Source of the DNA: an uncultured Spirochaetales bacterium
GTDB taxonomy: Bacteria > Spirochaetota > Spirochaetia > SPDA01 > CAZSGZ01
Assembly (NCBI GenBank): GCA_964440465.1
Contig: CAYTSI010000005.1
Span: 151-64,150 of the forward strand
Reading direction: 5' to 3'
DNA: 64,000 nt
Part shown: piece after piece, positions 1 to 8,286 of the stretch
Layout of the letters: every line of letters begins with the position of its first letter
Position numbering within the stretch: the stretch's first letter is position 1
The notes under the pieces: model-generated
The model's input: only the letters and a program-made list of their open reading frames with translations
Told to the model about the DNA's origin: nothing
Databases searched by the model: none
Position numbers and translations under genes: made by a program

Positions 1-736
1 CTTCGGTAATGCCGCCGTCGGTGATAAAGGCGTCGAAATCTTTTAAATCGGCGAAGTGGGTTGAATGCACCTTCCCGATTTTTGATGAATCGGCAACGAG
101 GATCGAAGATATACTCGAATCGATAATCGCCTTTTTTGTTTCCATCTCGTACTGGTTTGGGCAGGTAACGCCTAGATCTTTGCTGATTCCCCCGGCGGAG
201 ATAAAAGCTTTCGACGCCCTGGACCGCCGTATCAGGGAGATCCCCTCGGGGCTTTCAAACATCATCGTATTTTCATGAAGATATCCCCCGGCGAAGATGA
301 CGCGGCAGTTCTTCTTTTTCTGCAATTCCGCGAGGATGTTGAAAGAGTAGCAGATTACCGTCAGCGGCAGGTCCGCGGGAATGGAGCGCGCGATGTATTC
401 GGTAGTGGACCCGGCATCGATGCTGATAACGTCCTCCGCTTCGATGAGGGACGCGGCGTACCGGCCGATGGCTGCTTTTTCTTTCGTCTGTTTCGATCCC
501 GCCGTGATAAGGGAATAACTGATTTCACCCGATGGCGGTCCGCTGTTCTGGGCCGGATTTAAGACCGCGCCGCCGTGAAGGAGCTGGATGTAGTTTTGAT
601 CCTCGAGTTCCTGCAGGTCCCGCCGGATAGTCATGTGGGAAACGCCGAGCTTGTCGGCAAGTTCGTTTACCGACGCGGCATTATAAATCCGGAGAATTTT
701 CAGTATTTCATCTAACCGTTCCTTTTTATCGGCCAT
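1..736 (-). CDS. DeoR-family transcriptional regulator (HTH + sugar-phosphate sensor domain), C-terminal end truncated by window edge
   Basis: Reverse-strand translation from ATG at 736: MADKKERLDEILKILRIYNAASVNELADKLGVSHMTIRRDLQELE... then DeoR C-terminal motifs (ISIDAGSTT, ILVADSSKIGK). Not in ORF track because it runs off the window. Divergent from BMC operon. Confidence 0.8.
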   Translation of the reverse strand, partial: MADKKERLDEILKILRIYNAASVNELADKLGVSHMTIRRDLQELEDQNYIQLLHGGAVLNPAQNSGPPSGEISYSLITAGSKQTKEKAAIGRYAASLIEAEDVISIDAGSTTEYIARSIPADLPLTVICYSFNILAELQKKKNCRVIFAGGYLHENTMMFESPEGISLIRRSRASKAFISAGGISKDLGVTCPNQYEMETKKAIIDSSISSILVADSSKIGKVHSTHFADLKDFDAFITDGGITE

Positions 737-751
737 TTCCCCCGCCTTTAC

Positions 752-781
752 TTGACAAAAATGTATTATGGAATGTAAAAT
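752..781 (+). promoter_or_regulatory. Candidate sigma70-like promoter for BMC operon (TTGACA-18 nt-TAAAAT)
   Basis: ttgaca at 752-757, taaaat at 776-781, in AT-rich divergent intergenic region upstream of first shell gene. Confidence 0.3.
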
Positions 782-792
782 AACTATCAATA

Positions 793-829
793 TATGTTAA
801 CAAAATACCATCGTTATGTTAAAATTATA
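793..829. promoter_or_regulatory. Direct repeats TATGTTAA(C/A)AA(A/T)ATA spaced 22 bp; candidate operator (DeoR-type regulators bind direct repeats)
   Basis: tatgttaacaaaata (793-807) and tatgttaaaattata (815-829) between divergent deoR and BMC operon. Confidence 0.2.
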
Positions 830-860
830 ACGTAAAACCAAGAAAAAGAAAAGGGAAGGG

Positions 861-1508
861 ATGAAAATTATGAATAATATTGATTTACGGACCTATATCT
901 ACTTAGATTCACTGCAGCCGCAGATGGCATCGTATATATCCACCATTTCCCGGGGATATTTTCCGGTGGCAGGTCAGGCGTGTATGGTCGTGGAGATCTC
1001 GCCGGGTATCGAGATCAACCGGCTGACGGACATCGCTTTAAAAGCGACGAACGTACGGCCTGGAATACAAATCGTCGAGCGGCTGTTCGGGCTCTTAGAG
1101 CTCCATTCCGACAGTCAGGCCGACGCGCGGCAGTCGGGGGAGTCGATCCTGAAAGAGCTCGACTTAACCGAAGCGGACAGGATGAAGCCGACGGTACTGA
1201 CCAGTCAGCTGATAAAAAACGTGGACGACCATCACGCTCAGCTTATCAATAAAGTGCGCTACGGCAACATGATCCTCCGGGGGGACACCCTCTATGTACT
1301 GGAGCTGCAGCCGGCGGGATATGCCTATTACGCCGCGAACGAGGCGGAAAAGGCCTCGCATATAAATATTATCAACGTGCAGGGCTACGGCAGTTACGGC
1401 CGTATTTATATAGCGGGACCGGAAGCGGAAGTTCTGGTCAGCCAGCAGATTGTTGAATCCCGCCTTTTGTCGTTAAGCGGCAGGGAAGCGGGCGGTAAAA
1501 AAGAATAA
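861..1508 (+). CDS. BMC shell protein, tandem permuted BMC-T (PduB/EutL-like)
   Basis: 215 aa, two-domain; C-terminal half aligns to EutL permuted BMC domain (GDtlYvLelqPagYayyAaneaeKAshi...RIYIAGPEAEV vs EutL GDpmaYLvapPleatYgidAalKSAdvq...fLTGSQAA). GGAAGGG RBS. First gene of shell operon. Confidence 0.55.
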   Translation: MKIMNNIDLRTYIYLDSLQPQMASYISTISRGYFPVAGQACMVVEISPGIEINRLTDIALKATNVRPGIQIVERLFGLLELHSDSQADARQSGESILKELDLTEADRMKPTVLTSQLIKNVDDHHAQLINKVRYGNMILRGDTLYVLELQPAGYAYYAANEAEKASHINIINVQGYGSYGRIYIAGPEAEVLVSQQIVESRLLSLSGREAGGKKE

Positions 1509-1536
1509 CTAAAAGAATAACTAAAAGAATAACTAG
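1501..1536 (+). repeat. 12-bp tandem repeat AAGAATAACTAA x3 giving three in-frame TAA stops between BMC-T and BMC-H
   Basis: aagaataactaa aagaataactaa aagaataactag; first TAA is the stop of the 861..1508 ORF, followed by AGAGGAG RBS of next gene. Confidence 0.6.
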
Positions 1537-1547
1537 AGGAGAAAAAA

Positions 1548-1856
1548 ATGGCAGAGGTATTTGAAAACGCATTGGGAATGATCGAAACAAAGAGCTTCGC
1601 CGCGATGGTTGAAGCATCGGACGCCATGGTCAAGGCGGCAAGGGTTGAACTGACGAACTGGGTCAACACAGGCGGCGGTTATGTAACATCCATCGTCCGG
1701 GGCGATGTCGCAGCGGTACGGGCGGCCTTAGACGCGGGCGGCCGGGCGGCTGAAAAAGTCGGTGAACTGATCAGCGTTCATATTATTCCCCGTCCCCATG
1801 ACAATGTGGACAGCGCGCTTCCGTTGGGACGGACACCGCAGGGCGGAAAGAAATAG
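1548..1856 (+). CDS. BMC-H hexameric shell protein (PduA/EutM family)
   Basis: ALGMIETKSFAAMVEASDAMVKAARVEL...GGGYVTSIVRGDVAAVRAALDAG...GELISVHIIPRPH is the canonical BMC-domain signature. Confidence 0.9.
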   Translation: MAEVFENALGMIETKSFAAMVEASDAMVKAARVELTNWVNTGGGYVTSIVRGDVAAVRAALDAGGRAAEKVGELISVHIIPRPHDNVDSALPLGRTPQGGKK

Positions 1857-1860
1857 GTAG

Positions 1861-2160
1861 ATGGTACTCGCGAAAGTAGTCGGAACGGTTGTAGCTACCC
1901 GAAAAGAGCCGAAGATCGAAGGGATAAAATTCCTGCTGATAGAAAAACTGGACCCGGCAACCATGAAGGGAAAAAAAGACTTTCTCGTGGCCATGGACAG
2001 TGTCGGCGCCGGTCCCGGAGAGGTTGTCTTTTACGTGTCCGGAAGTTCGTCGAGAATGACCGCGACGACGGAGGGCAAACCGAGCGACGCGACCATAACG
2101 GCGATCGTGGACGTAATCGAAATGGACGGGAAGACCGTTTATCACAAGGACAGGCCTTAA
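1861..2160 (+). CDS. BMC-P pentameric vertex protein (EutN/PduN/CcmL family) paralog 1
   Basis: [15 protein letters not shown]...KFLLI....[23 protein letters not shown] motif pattern of EutN/CcmL fold. Confidence 0.85.
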   Translation: MVLAKVVGTVVATRKEPKIEGIKFLLIEKLDPATMKGKKDFLVAMDSVGAGPGEVVFYVSGSSSRMTATTEGKPSDATITAIVDVIEMDGKTVYHKDRP

Positions 2161-2163
2161 GCG

Positions 2164-2451
2164 ATGATTTTTGCACAAACTGTGGGAACGGTGGTGAGCA
2201 CCGCCCGAAGCGATGAGATAGAAGGGGCGAAATTCCTTTTAGTGCGGGAATGCAGCTACAAAGGAGAACTTTCTGACAATTACATGATCGCCCTCGACGC
2301 GGTGCAGACCGGCCCGGGAGAGATGGTCCTCATTGCCCAAGGCAGTTCCTGCCGTCAGACGGAAAACACCTTCCAGAAGCCGGTGGATGCCCTGATTGTG
2401 GGAATCGTCGATTCCATAGACGAGGGAGGGGACCTTGTCTTTAGAAAGTAA
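2164..2451 (+). CDS. BMC-P pentameric vertex protein paralog 2
   Basis: MIFAQTVGTVVSTARS...KFLLV...ALDAVQTGPGEMVLIAQGSSCR. Confidence 0.85.
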   Translation: MIFAQTVGTVVSTARSDEIEGAKFLLVRECSYKGELSDNYMIALDAVQTGPGEMVLIAQGSSCRQTENTFQKPVDALIVGIVDSIDEGGDLVFRK

Positions 2452-3790
2452 GACCGCTGTCCGTCTCGCGGAGGCGGTCCGGGAGGCGGGTATCGTCGGC
2501 GCCGGCGGCGCCGGCTTCCCCACCCATAAAAAGCTCGGCGGGACCTGCCGCACGGTAATTGCCAACGGAGCCGAGTGTGAACCCCTTCTGCAGAGCGACA
2601 AATACATTATGGAAACGGAGGCGGAGAAAATCGCCGCCGCCCTCGAGCTTGCGGTGAATGAACTGCGGGCGGAAGAGGGGATTATCGCGGTAAAGGAGAA
2701 GAACAGCCGGGCTGTGGAGCGGCTCGAAGCAGCGGCGGCATCAAGGGTTGCTCTGTCCCTCTATCACCTTGAAAACTTCTATCCAGCGGGGGACGAGCAT
2801 GTGTTAGTCCATGAGATAACCGGAAAGGTAGTGCCCGAGGGGGGTATCCCGATTGCCGTGGGTGTTGTTGTCCTGAATGTGGAAACGCTGTTGAACATCT
2901 GCAACGCGGTATATGAATCGGCCCCGGTCACCCTGCGCACCGTTACCTGTACGGGAGAGGTGAAGACGCCGAAGGTGCTGCGGGTTCCGGTCGGTACGGC
3001 CATGCGGGACGTAATTCATGAGTGCGGGGGTGCTCTGGTGGAAGAACCCGCTATAATCATCGGCGGACCGATGATGGGAAAGGTCACCACCGATGTAGAT
3101 ACGCCGGTTGATAAACTGACCGGCGGAATTATCGTTTTGCCGAGGGACCACGATTGCATTCAACGGAAAACACGGCCGTTAGAAGTGCAGGTGCGGCTCT
3201 CGCGGAGCGCCTGCTGTCAGTGCGTACTGTGCAGCGAGCTCTGTCCCCGGGAGATGCTCGGGCATAATCTGTATCCGCACTTAATTATGCGGCAGATCAA
3301 TTACGGTCTTGATTTGCCGGAAGAAGCGCTGGCAGCGGCGGCGCTCTGCTGTGAATGCGGAGTGTGCGAGGTGTTCGCGTGTCCTATGGGGCTTTCCCCC
3401 TCCTTTATCAACGGAATTATCAAACAGCGGTTTGCCGAGGGGGGGTACAAGCCGGAGTTCCCCGACAGGGAGCCTAAGCCGCATGAGATGCGGGAATACC
3501 GCAAGGTGCCGGCACAGCGGATAATAGGCCGTTTGCGGCTTAACCGCTACGACGAGCCGATGTATGACCGGGGAGGCGCCGTTACACCGGAACGGGTTGA
3601 ATTGCCGCTGCGGCAGCACATCGGGGCGCCGGCGGTGCCGGTGGTTTCCCCCGGGGCAGCGGTGAAACGGGGAGACTTAATCGGGGAAATTCCCGAAGGG
3701 AGCTTAGGGGCACGGGTGCACGCCTCGGTTACGGGGACCGTTACACTGGTGGAGGAAAGCCGGATACTTATTACGGCATCAGGGGCATAA
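2435..3790 (+). CDS. PduS-like / RnfC-like flavoprotein with two 4Fe-4S clusters (BMC-associated oxidoreductase)
   Basis: 451 aa; GAGGAGFPTHKK nucleotide-binding motif; CCQCVLCSELCP and CCECGVCEVFACP ferredoxin motifs; C-terminal RnfC-type barrel-sandwich domain. Same length and domain content as Salmonella PduS (from memory). Confidence 0.75.
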   Translation: MSLESKTAVRLAEAVREAGIVGAGGAGFPTHKKLGGTCRTVIANGAECEPLLQSDKYIMETEAEKIAAALELAVNELRAEEGIIAVKEKNSRAVERLEAAAASRVALSLYHLENFYPAGDEHVLVHEITGKVVPEGGIPIAVGVVVLNVETLLNICNAVYESAPVTLRTVTCTGEVKTPKVLRVPVGTAMRDVIHECGGALVEEPAIIIGGPMMGKVTTDVDTPVDKLTGGIIVLPRDHDCIQRKTRPLEVQVRLSRSACCQCVLCSELCPREMLGHNLYPHLIMRQINYGLDLPEEALAAAALCCECGVCEVFACPMGLSPSFINGIIKQRFAEGGYKPEFPDREPKPHEMREYRKVPAQRIIGRLRLNRYDEPMYDRGGAVTPERVELPLRQHIGAPAVPVVSPGAAVKRGDLIGEIPEGSLGARVHASVTGTVTLVEESRILITASGA

Positions 3791-3793
3791 CAT

Positions 3794-4345
3794 ATGGAAT
3801 ACAGCGTAATCGGAGTACTTGAATTTTCGGCAACGGCGGCGGGCATTCTGGCCTTAGACAGCATGGTGAAGGCCGCGCCGGTGAAAATTATCGACGCGAA
3901 AACGATTTGTCCCGGCAAGTTCTATATTATCGTTACCGGAGACGTTGCCTCGGTTGATGCCGCGCTGACGGCGGGCAAAAAAGCGGGCGAGGGGTACTTG
4001 ATCGACGAGCTCTTTATTACCAACCTGCAGGAGCAGGTAATTCCGGCCATTTTAGGAACGGTGGAAACGACGAAGTGGGAATCTTTAGGCGTTATCGAAT
4101 CGTTTTCCATTGTGTCGAGTATCGTCGCGGGGGATTTGGCGGCGAAAGCGGCGGCGGTGGAGCTGCCTGAAATCAGGCTTGCTACGGGAATGGCGGGTAA
4201 ATCGTATGTAAAGATGATCGGGACGGTGCATGAGGTGGAGGTCTCCATGAAGGCGGCGAAAGAGTATGTGGGAAAGCAGGGCCTGTTATGTAAGGACGTT
4301 ATTATTCCCCACGCGCACCCGGAAATGAAGCCGTTTATTTTATAG
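3794..4345 (+). CDS. BMC-T tandem shell protein, PduT-like (possible Fe-S binding pore Cys in CPGK)
   Basis: 183 aa, two BMC domains (GVLEFSATAAGILALDSMVKAA...; SLGVIESFSIVSSIVAGDLAAKAAAVEL...); size/organisation as PduT. Confidence 0.75.
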   Translation: MEYSVIGVLEFSATAAGILALDSMVKAAPVKIIDAKTICPGKFYIIVTGDVASVDAALTAGKKAGEGYLIDELFITNLQEQVIPAILGTVETTKWESLGVIESFSIVSSIVAGDLAAKAAAVELPEIRLATGMAGKSYVKMIGTVHEVEVSMKAAKEYVGKQGLLCKDVIIPHAHPEMKPFIL

Positions 4346-4369
4346 GCACGGCGGAGGTAGGATACAGAT

Positions 4370-5815
4370 ATGCAGATAGATGAAAAAACGATACGGACGG
4401 TTGTCGAAGAGGTGTTAAAAGAGGTGAGCGCGGCGGCGGTGTCGTCCGCCTCGCCGCCCCGGACCCCTTCCCCGGCAGCCTCCTCTACATATCAGGGCTC
4501 ATTCAGTACCATGGACGCAGCCGTGCGCGCGGCGCATCAGGCGCATCTGGATTTAATGAACACGACGCTGGAAATACGGAGAAAAATGATCGATGCCATG
4601 CGGGAGACCATATGGTCCAATCTTTTTGTCCTGTCAAAAAAAGCGGTGGAGGAGACCGGCTTCGGCCGCACCGACGACAAGGTGAAGAAAAACCTTCTCG
4701 CGGCGAAGATGACACCCGGTGTGGAGGATTTAACGCCGACATCGTATACGGATGACCACGGACTTACCCTGACCGAACTCGCACCCTACGGCGTTATCGG
4801 GGCGATTGCTCCGAGTACGAACCCGACGGAGACGATTATCAGCAATGCCATTGGAATGGTAGCAGGCGGAAACACGGCGGTGTTTGGTCCCCACCCGGCC
4901 GCGAAGGAAGTTTCGAAATATACCATCTGCTTGTTAAACACGGCCATTCAGAAAGCCGGCGGACCGGCAAATGTTCTTACAACGGTGGACGAACCGACCA
5001 TCGAGGCCGCCCAGACGATGATGGACCATCCTCTCGTTTCGCTCTTAGTCGTGACCGGCGGCCCGGGAGTAGTAAAAGAGGCGATGAAACGGGCGAAAAA
5101 GGTCATTGCCGCGGGACCGGGGAACCCGCCGGTGGTGGTGGATGAAACCGCGGACATCGTGAAGGCCGGGAAAGATATCGTCGCGGGCGCGGGTTTGGAC
5201 AACAACATCATCTGTATTGACGAGAAAGAAGTCCTGGCGGTGGACTCTATTGCCGATCAGCTGAAGGCGGAAATGAAGAAAAACGGCGCCTTTGAACTGG
5301 ACCGGCAGCAGGCGGAGGCCCTGACGAAAATCGTCATTTCCGATCCCGGACGGCCGGGGCATGAAGGAATGGCGAATAAAAAATACGTGGGAAAAAACGC
5401 GTCCGTATTGGCGGACCTCATCGGCCTGAAGGTCCCCGAAGATACGCGCATCCTCATTGCCGAAGTCGACCGCGACCATCCGATGGTATGGACGGAACAG
5501 CTGATGCCCTTTATTCCGCTGGTGCGGATGAAGAGCGCCGATGAGGCGATCGATTTTGCCGTAGAATGCGAACACGGGTTTCGGCACACGGCAAGCATGC
5601 ATTCGAAAAACATCGAGCGGCTCTCAAGGATGGCGAAAGTCATGAACTGTTCCCTCTTTGTAAAAAACGGTTCGAATTTTAACGGCATGGCCTTCGGCGG
5701 CGCGGGCTACACCTCCTTTACCATTGCCAGTCCCACCGGCGACGGCTTTACCCGGGCGAGGACCTTTACCCGGGAACGGCGGTGTTCGCTCATTGATTAT
5801 TTTCGGATTGTGTAG
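4370..5815 (+). CDS. CoA-acylating aldehyde dehydrogenase (PduP/EutE family) with N-terminal encapsulation-peptide-like helix and P/S-rich linker
   Basis: 481 aa; ALDH fold motifs (VVTGGPGVVKEAMKRAKKVIAAGPGNPPVVVDETAD, NNIICIDEKEV); N-term MQIDEKTIRTVVEEVLKEV followed by AAAVSSASPPRTPSPAASS linker. Confidence 0.85.
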   Translation: MQIDEKTIRTVVEEVLKEVSAAAVSSASPPRTPSPAASSTYQGSFSTMDAAVRAAHQAHLDLMNTTLEIRRKMIDAMRETIWSNLFVLSKKAVEETGFGRTDDKVKKNLLAAKMTPGVEDLTPTSYTDDHGLTLTELAPYGVIGAIAPSTNPTETIISNAIGMVAGGNTAVFGPHPAAKEVSKYTICLLNTAIQKAGGPANVLTTVDEPTIEAAQTMMDHPLVSLLVVTGGPGVVKEAMKRAKKVIAAGPGNPPVVVDETADIVKAGKDIVAGAGLDNNIICIDEKEVLAVDSIADQLKAEMKKNGAFELDRQQAEALTKIVISDPGRPGHEGMANKKYVGKNASVLADLIGLKVPEDTRILIAEVDRDHPMVWTEQLMPFIPLVRMKSADEAIDFAVECEHGFRHTASMHSKNIERLSRMAKVMNCSLFVKNGSNFNGMAFGGAGYTSFTIASPTGDGFTRARTFTRERRCSLIDYFRIV

Positions 5816-5840
5816 GTTAAGGAAAATAGGAAGTGATGGA

Positions 5841-6113
5841 ATGAAATTAGGGAAAGTAATCGGAACGGTGGTGAGTACACAAAAGGTGGAGTCCTTCGAG
5901 GGGGTAAAGCTTCTTTTAGTACAGCCGTTAGATGAAAATTACGACGAGAAAGGCGGACCCTTAGCGGCGTGTGATACCGTTCAGGCGGGAGTTGGAGACA
6001 TTGTCCTTTATGAAGGCGGCCGGGAAGCCGCCCTGACGCTGGAAAACTGGTACAATCCGTCGGACGCGGCGGTAATGGCTATTGTCGACAGTACAAACCT
6101 GGAGGCAACCTAA
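5841..6113 (+). CDS. BMC-P pentameric vertex protein paralog 3
   Basis: MKLGKVIGTVVSTQKVESFEGVKLLLVQPL...CDTVQAGVGDIVLYEGGREA; start chosen at ATG 5841 (track ORF 5724 overlaps ALDH). Confidence 0.85.
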   Translation: MKLGKVIGTVVSTQKVESFEGVKLLLVQPLDENYDEKGGPLAACDTVQAGVGDIVLYEGGREAALTLENWYNPSDAAVMAIVDSTNLEAT

Positions 6114-6388
6114 TGCTTGTGGCTAAAGTAATCGGAACGGTTGTCGCCACGCGGAAGCATCCCGTTTTACAGGGGTATAAGCTGTTAATTGTGCAGCCGA
6201 AGGGGCCTGACGGAACGGATGCCGGCGGGATCGAGATTGCCCTCGATACGGTACAGGCAGGGACCGGCGAAACGGTGCTGCTGTTGACGGAGGGCAACTC
6301 TTCGAGGATGATTATCGGCGACGACATGGCCCCGGTACGTGCGGTGGTGGTCGGCATTATCGATGAGGTACAGTACGATGCAGTATAA
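6113..6388 (+). CDS. BMC-P pentameric vertex protein paralog 4
   Basis: [29 protein letters not shown]...ALDTVQAGTGETVLLLTEGNSSR. Confidence 0.85.
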   Translation: MLVAKVIGTVVATRKHPVLQGYKLLIVQPKGPDGTDAGGIEIALDTVQAGTGETVLLLTEGNSSRMIIGDDMAPVRAVVVGIIDEVQYDAV

Positions 6389-6929
6389 AAGTGATTCATC
6401 CATTGTACAAAATATCGTTTCCACGCTTCACACGGCCGCGGACCGGCCGCTTCCGGTGGAGAATACCGCGAACCAGGAAGACAAGGTCCTTCGGGTTGCC
6501 CTCGGGGCGGACCACGGCGGCTTCGAGGCGAAGGAGGCCCTGCGGGAGTATCTGAAGTCCTTAGGTTACCGTGTTACCGACGTCGGGACCGACAGTACCG
6601 AAAGCGTCGACTATCCCGATTTCGCGGTAAAGGTGGCGAAAAAAGTGGCCTCCGGGGAATGCGAGCGGGGAATTATGATCGACGGCGCGGGAATCGGATC
6701 GACGATGGTATGCAACAAGGTGCGGGGCATCCGCGCGGCGCTGTGCTACGATGTGAAAACAATCAGCAACAGCAGGGTGCACAATAACGCGAACGTGCTG
6801 TGCTTAGGCGGCCCCCTGCACGGCAGAGAGGAAATTTTTGAAATGGCAAAGCTGTGGCTAACCACGCGATTCGAGGGCGGCAGACACTGGCCGCGGATTA
6901 ATAAAATGATGGCAGTTGAACGAGGATAA
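6378..6929 (+). CDS. rpiB: Ribose-5-phosphate isomerase B (RpiB/LacAB family) with ~35-aa N-terminal extension (candidate encapsulation peptide)
   Basis: Core LRVALGADHGGFEAKEALREYLKSLGYRVTDVG...GIMIDGAGIGSTMVCNKVRGIRAALCYD...NANVLCLGG is RpiB; N-terminal MQYKSDSSIVQNIVSTLHTAADRPLPVENTANQEDK precedes the core. Start ambiguous (6339/6378). Confidence 0.8.
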   Translation: MQYKSDSSIVQNIVSTLHTAADRPLPVENTANQEDKVLRVALGADHGGFEAKEALREYLKSLGYRVTDVGTDSTESVDYPDFAVKVAKKVASGECERGIMIDGAGIGSTMVCNKVRGIRAALCYDVKTISNSRVHNNANVLCLGGPLHGREEIFEMAKLWLTTRFEGGRHWPRINKMMAVERG

Positions 6930-6941
6930 GAGGATAGACAG

Positions 6942-7820
6942 ATGGAGCAGAAAGATTTAGTAGAAAAATTGACGAAAGAGGTTATCGCGCGGCTTACGCA
7001 GGAAGGCAGCGGCGTTACAGGCGGCGCGCCTGCAGGCGGCAGCAGGACAACGGCCTCCGGCGGCGTCGGCGGCAATATGGGCGGCGGCCGGTCATCGGGC
7101 GCCGTACAGGAAGGCGGCTCGGCTCAGGCGGCCGGTTCCGGGGAGCTCCGTCCCTCCGACCTCAATAAATATATCGACCACACTCTGCTCAAACCGGAGG
7201 CGACGAAAGAGCAGATCGACAAGCTCTGCGATGAGGCGAAGGAATACTCTTTTTATTCGGTATGCGTCAACTCGAGCTGGGTGGAATACTGCGCGAAAAA
7301 ACTCCGCGGAAGCGGAGTCAAAATCAGTGCCGTAGTGGGGTTCCCCTTAGGCGCCATGGAAGGCCGTGCGAAGGGTTATGAAACAAGACACGTCGTCGAG
7401 GCGGGTGCCGATGAAATAGATATGGTGATGAACGTGGGCGCCCTGAAATCGGGAGACACGAAAAAGGTTGAAGAAGACATCCGCTGGGTCCGCCGGTCCA
7501 CCCGGCAGAAGACGGTTGTAAAAGTAATTATCGAAGCGGCCCTGCTGACCGATGACGAGAAGGTGCTCGCCTGTCAGATTTCGAAAAACGCCGGCGCCGA
7601 TTTCGTAAAAACGTCCACCGGGTTTGCAAAAGGCGGCGCCACCGCCGAAGATGTCGCCCTGATGCGGCGCACCGTCGGTCCGAAGACGGGCGTTAAAGCT
7701 GCCGGGGGGATCCGCTCCTTCGAAGATGCTGTGAAGATGATCAATGCCGGCGCGACTCGCTTAGGCACCAGTTCCAGCGTAGAGATTGTTACGGGGCAAA
7801 AGAGCACGTCGGCGTACTAA
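6942..7820 (+). CDS. deoC: Deoxyribose-phosphate aldolase (DERA) with N-terminal amphipathic helix plus ~50-aa Gly/Ser-rich linker (encapsulation peptide)
   Basis: Core YIDHTLLKPEATKEQI...SVCVNSSWV...VVGFPLG...DEIDMVMNVGALKSG...VKVIIEAALLTDDEKV...GADFVKTSTGF is DeoC; N-term MEQKDLVEKLTKEVIARLTQEG then SGVTGGAPAGGSRTTASGGVGGNMGGGRSSGAVQEGGSAQAAGSG. Confidence 0.85.
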   Translation: MEQKDLVEKLTKEVIARLTQEGSGVTGGAPAGGSRTTASGGVGGNMGGGRSSGAVQEGGSAQAAGSGELRPSDLNKYIDHTLLKPEATKEQIDKLCDEAKEYSFYSVCVNSSWVEYCAKKLRGSGVKISAVVGFPLGAMEGRAKGYETRHVVEAGADEIDMVMNVGALKSGDTKKVEEDIRWVRRSTRQKTVVKVIIEAALLTDDEKVLACQISKNAGADFVKTSTGFAKGGATAEDVALMRRTVGPKTGVKAAGGIRSFEDAVKMINAGATRLGTSSSVEIVTGQKSTSAY

Positions 7821-7907
7821 AGACCGGACACCAGCCTCCCAAAAAGGTCCGGCGAAACGCGAAACGCTAATATTGACAACCAGTATTCAAATCGCTATCG
7901 TTATCAT

Positions 7908-8276
7908 ATGGGGACGTTTCATATCAGCTGTAAAGTAGAAAACCATATTGACCGCGGGAAAAATACTACAGTTAAAAACCTATTAGTAGACACCGGAAGC
8001 GGATTTACCTGGCTCCCCGCCTCGGAACTGGAGAACATCGATGTTGCCCGTGAGAAAAAAGATCTGCCTTTTATTATGGCAAACGGTCAAAGGATTACCA
8101 GGGACGCCGGCTTCGCGATCATCCGTGTAGAAGACCATTTCACCATTGATGAGGTTGTATTCGCGGAGGAAGGGGACTTGCTGCTGTTAGGCGCCCGCAC
8201 TTTAGAAGGACTGAACCTCCGGGTCGATTCGGTCCGGAAGAAACTCGTGGCCGCCGGACCGCTCCCGGCCGCGTAG
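7908..8276 (+). CDS. Retropepsin-like (clan AA) aspartic peptidase domain protein
   Basis: LLVDTGSGFTWLP contains the D-T/S-G catalytic motif in a ~120-aa single-domain protein typical of bacterial retropepsin-like proteases. Confidence 0.55.
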   Translation: MGTFHISCKVENHIDRGKNTTVKNLLVDTGSGFTWLPASELENIDVAREKKDLPFIMANGQRITRDAGFAIIRVEDHFTIDEVVFAEEGDLLLLGARTLEGLNLRVDSVRKKLVAAGPLPAA

Positions 8277-8286
8277 AATCTCCCTG

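Noticed and set aside
9-562. Plus-strand ORFs 9..278 and 275..562
   Set aside because: Antisense to the well-supported minus-strand DeoR regulator gene; no motifs; typical shadow ORFs in GC-rich coding DNA.
861-1508. Considered PduL (phosphotransacylase) for the 215-aa first operon gene
   Set aside because: No paired GxSNRHIH-type PduL motifs; C-terminal half aligns instead with the permuted BMC domain of EutL.
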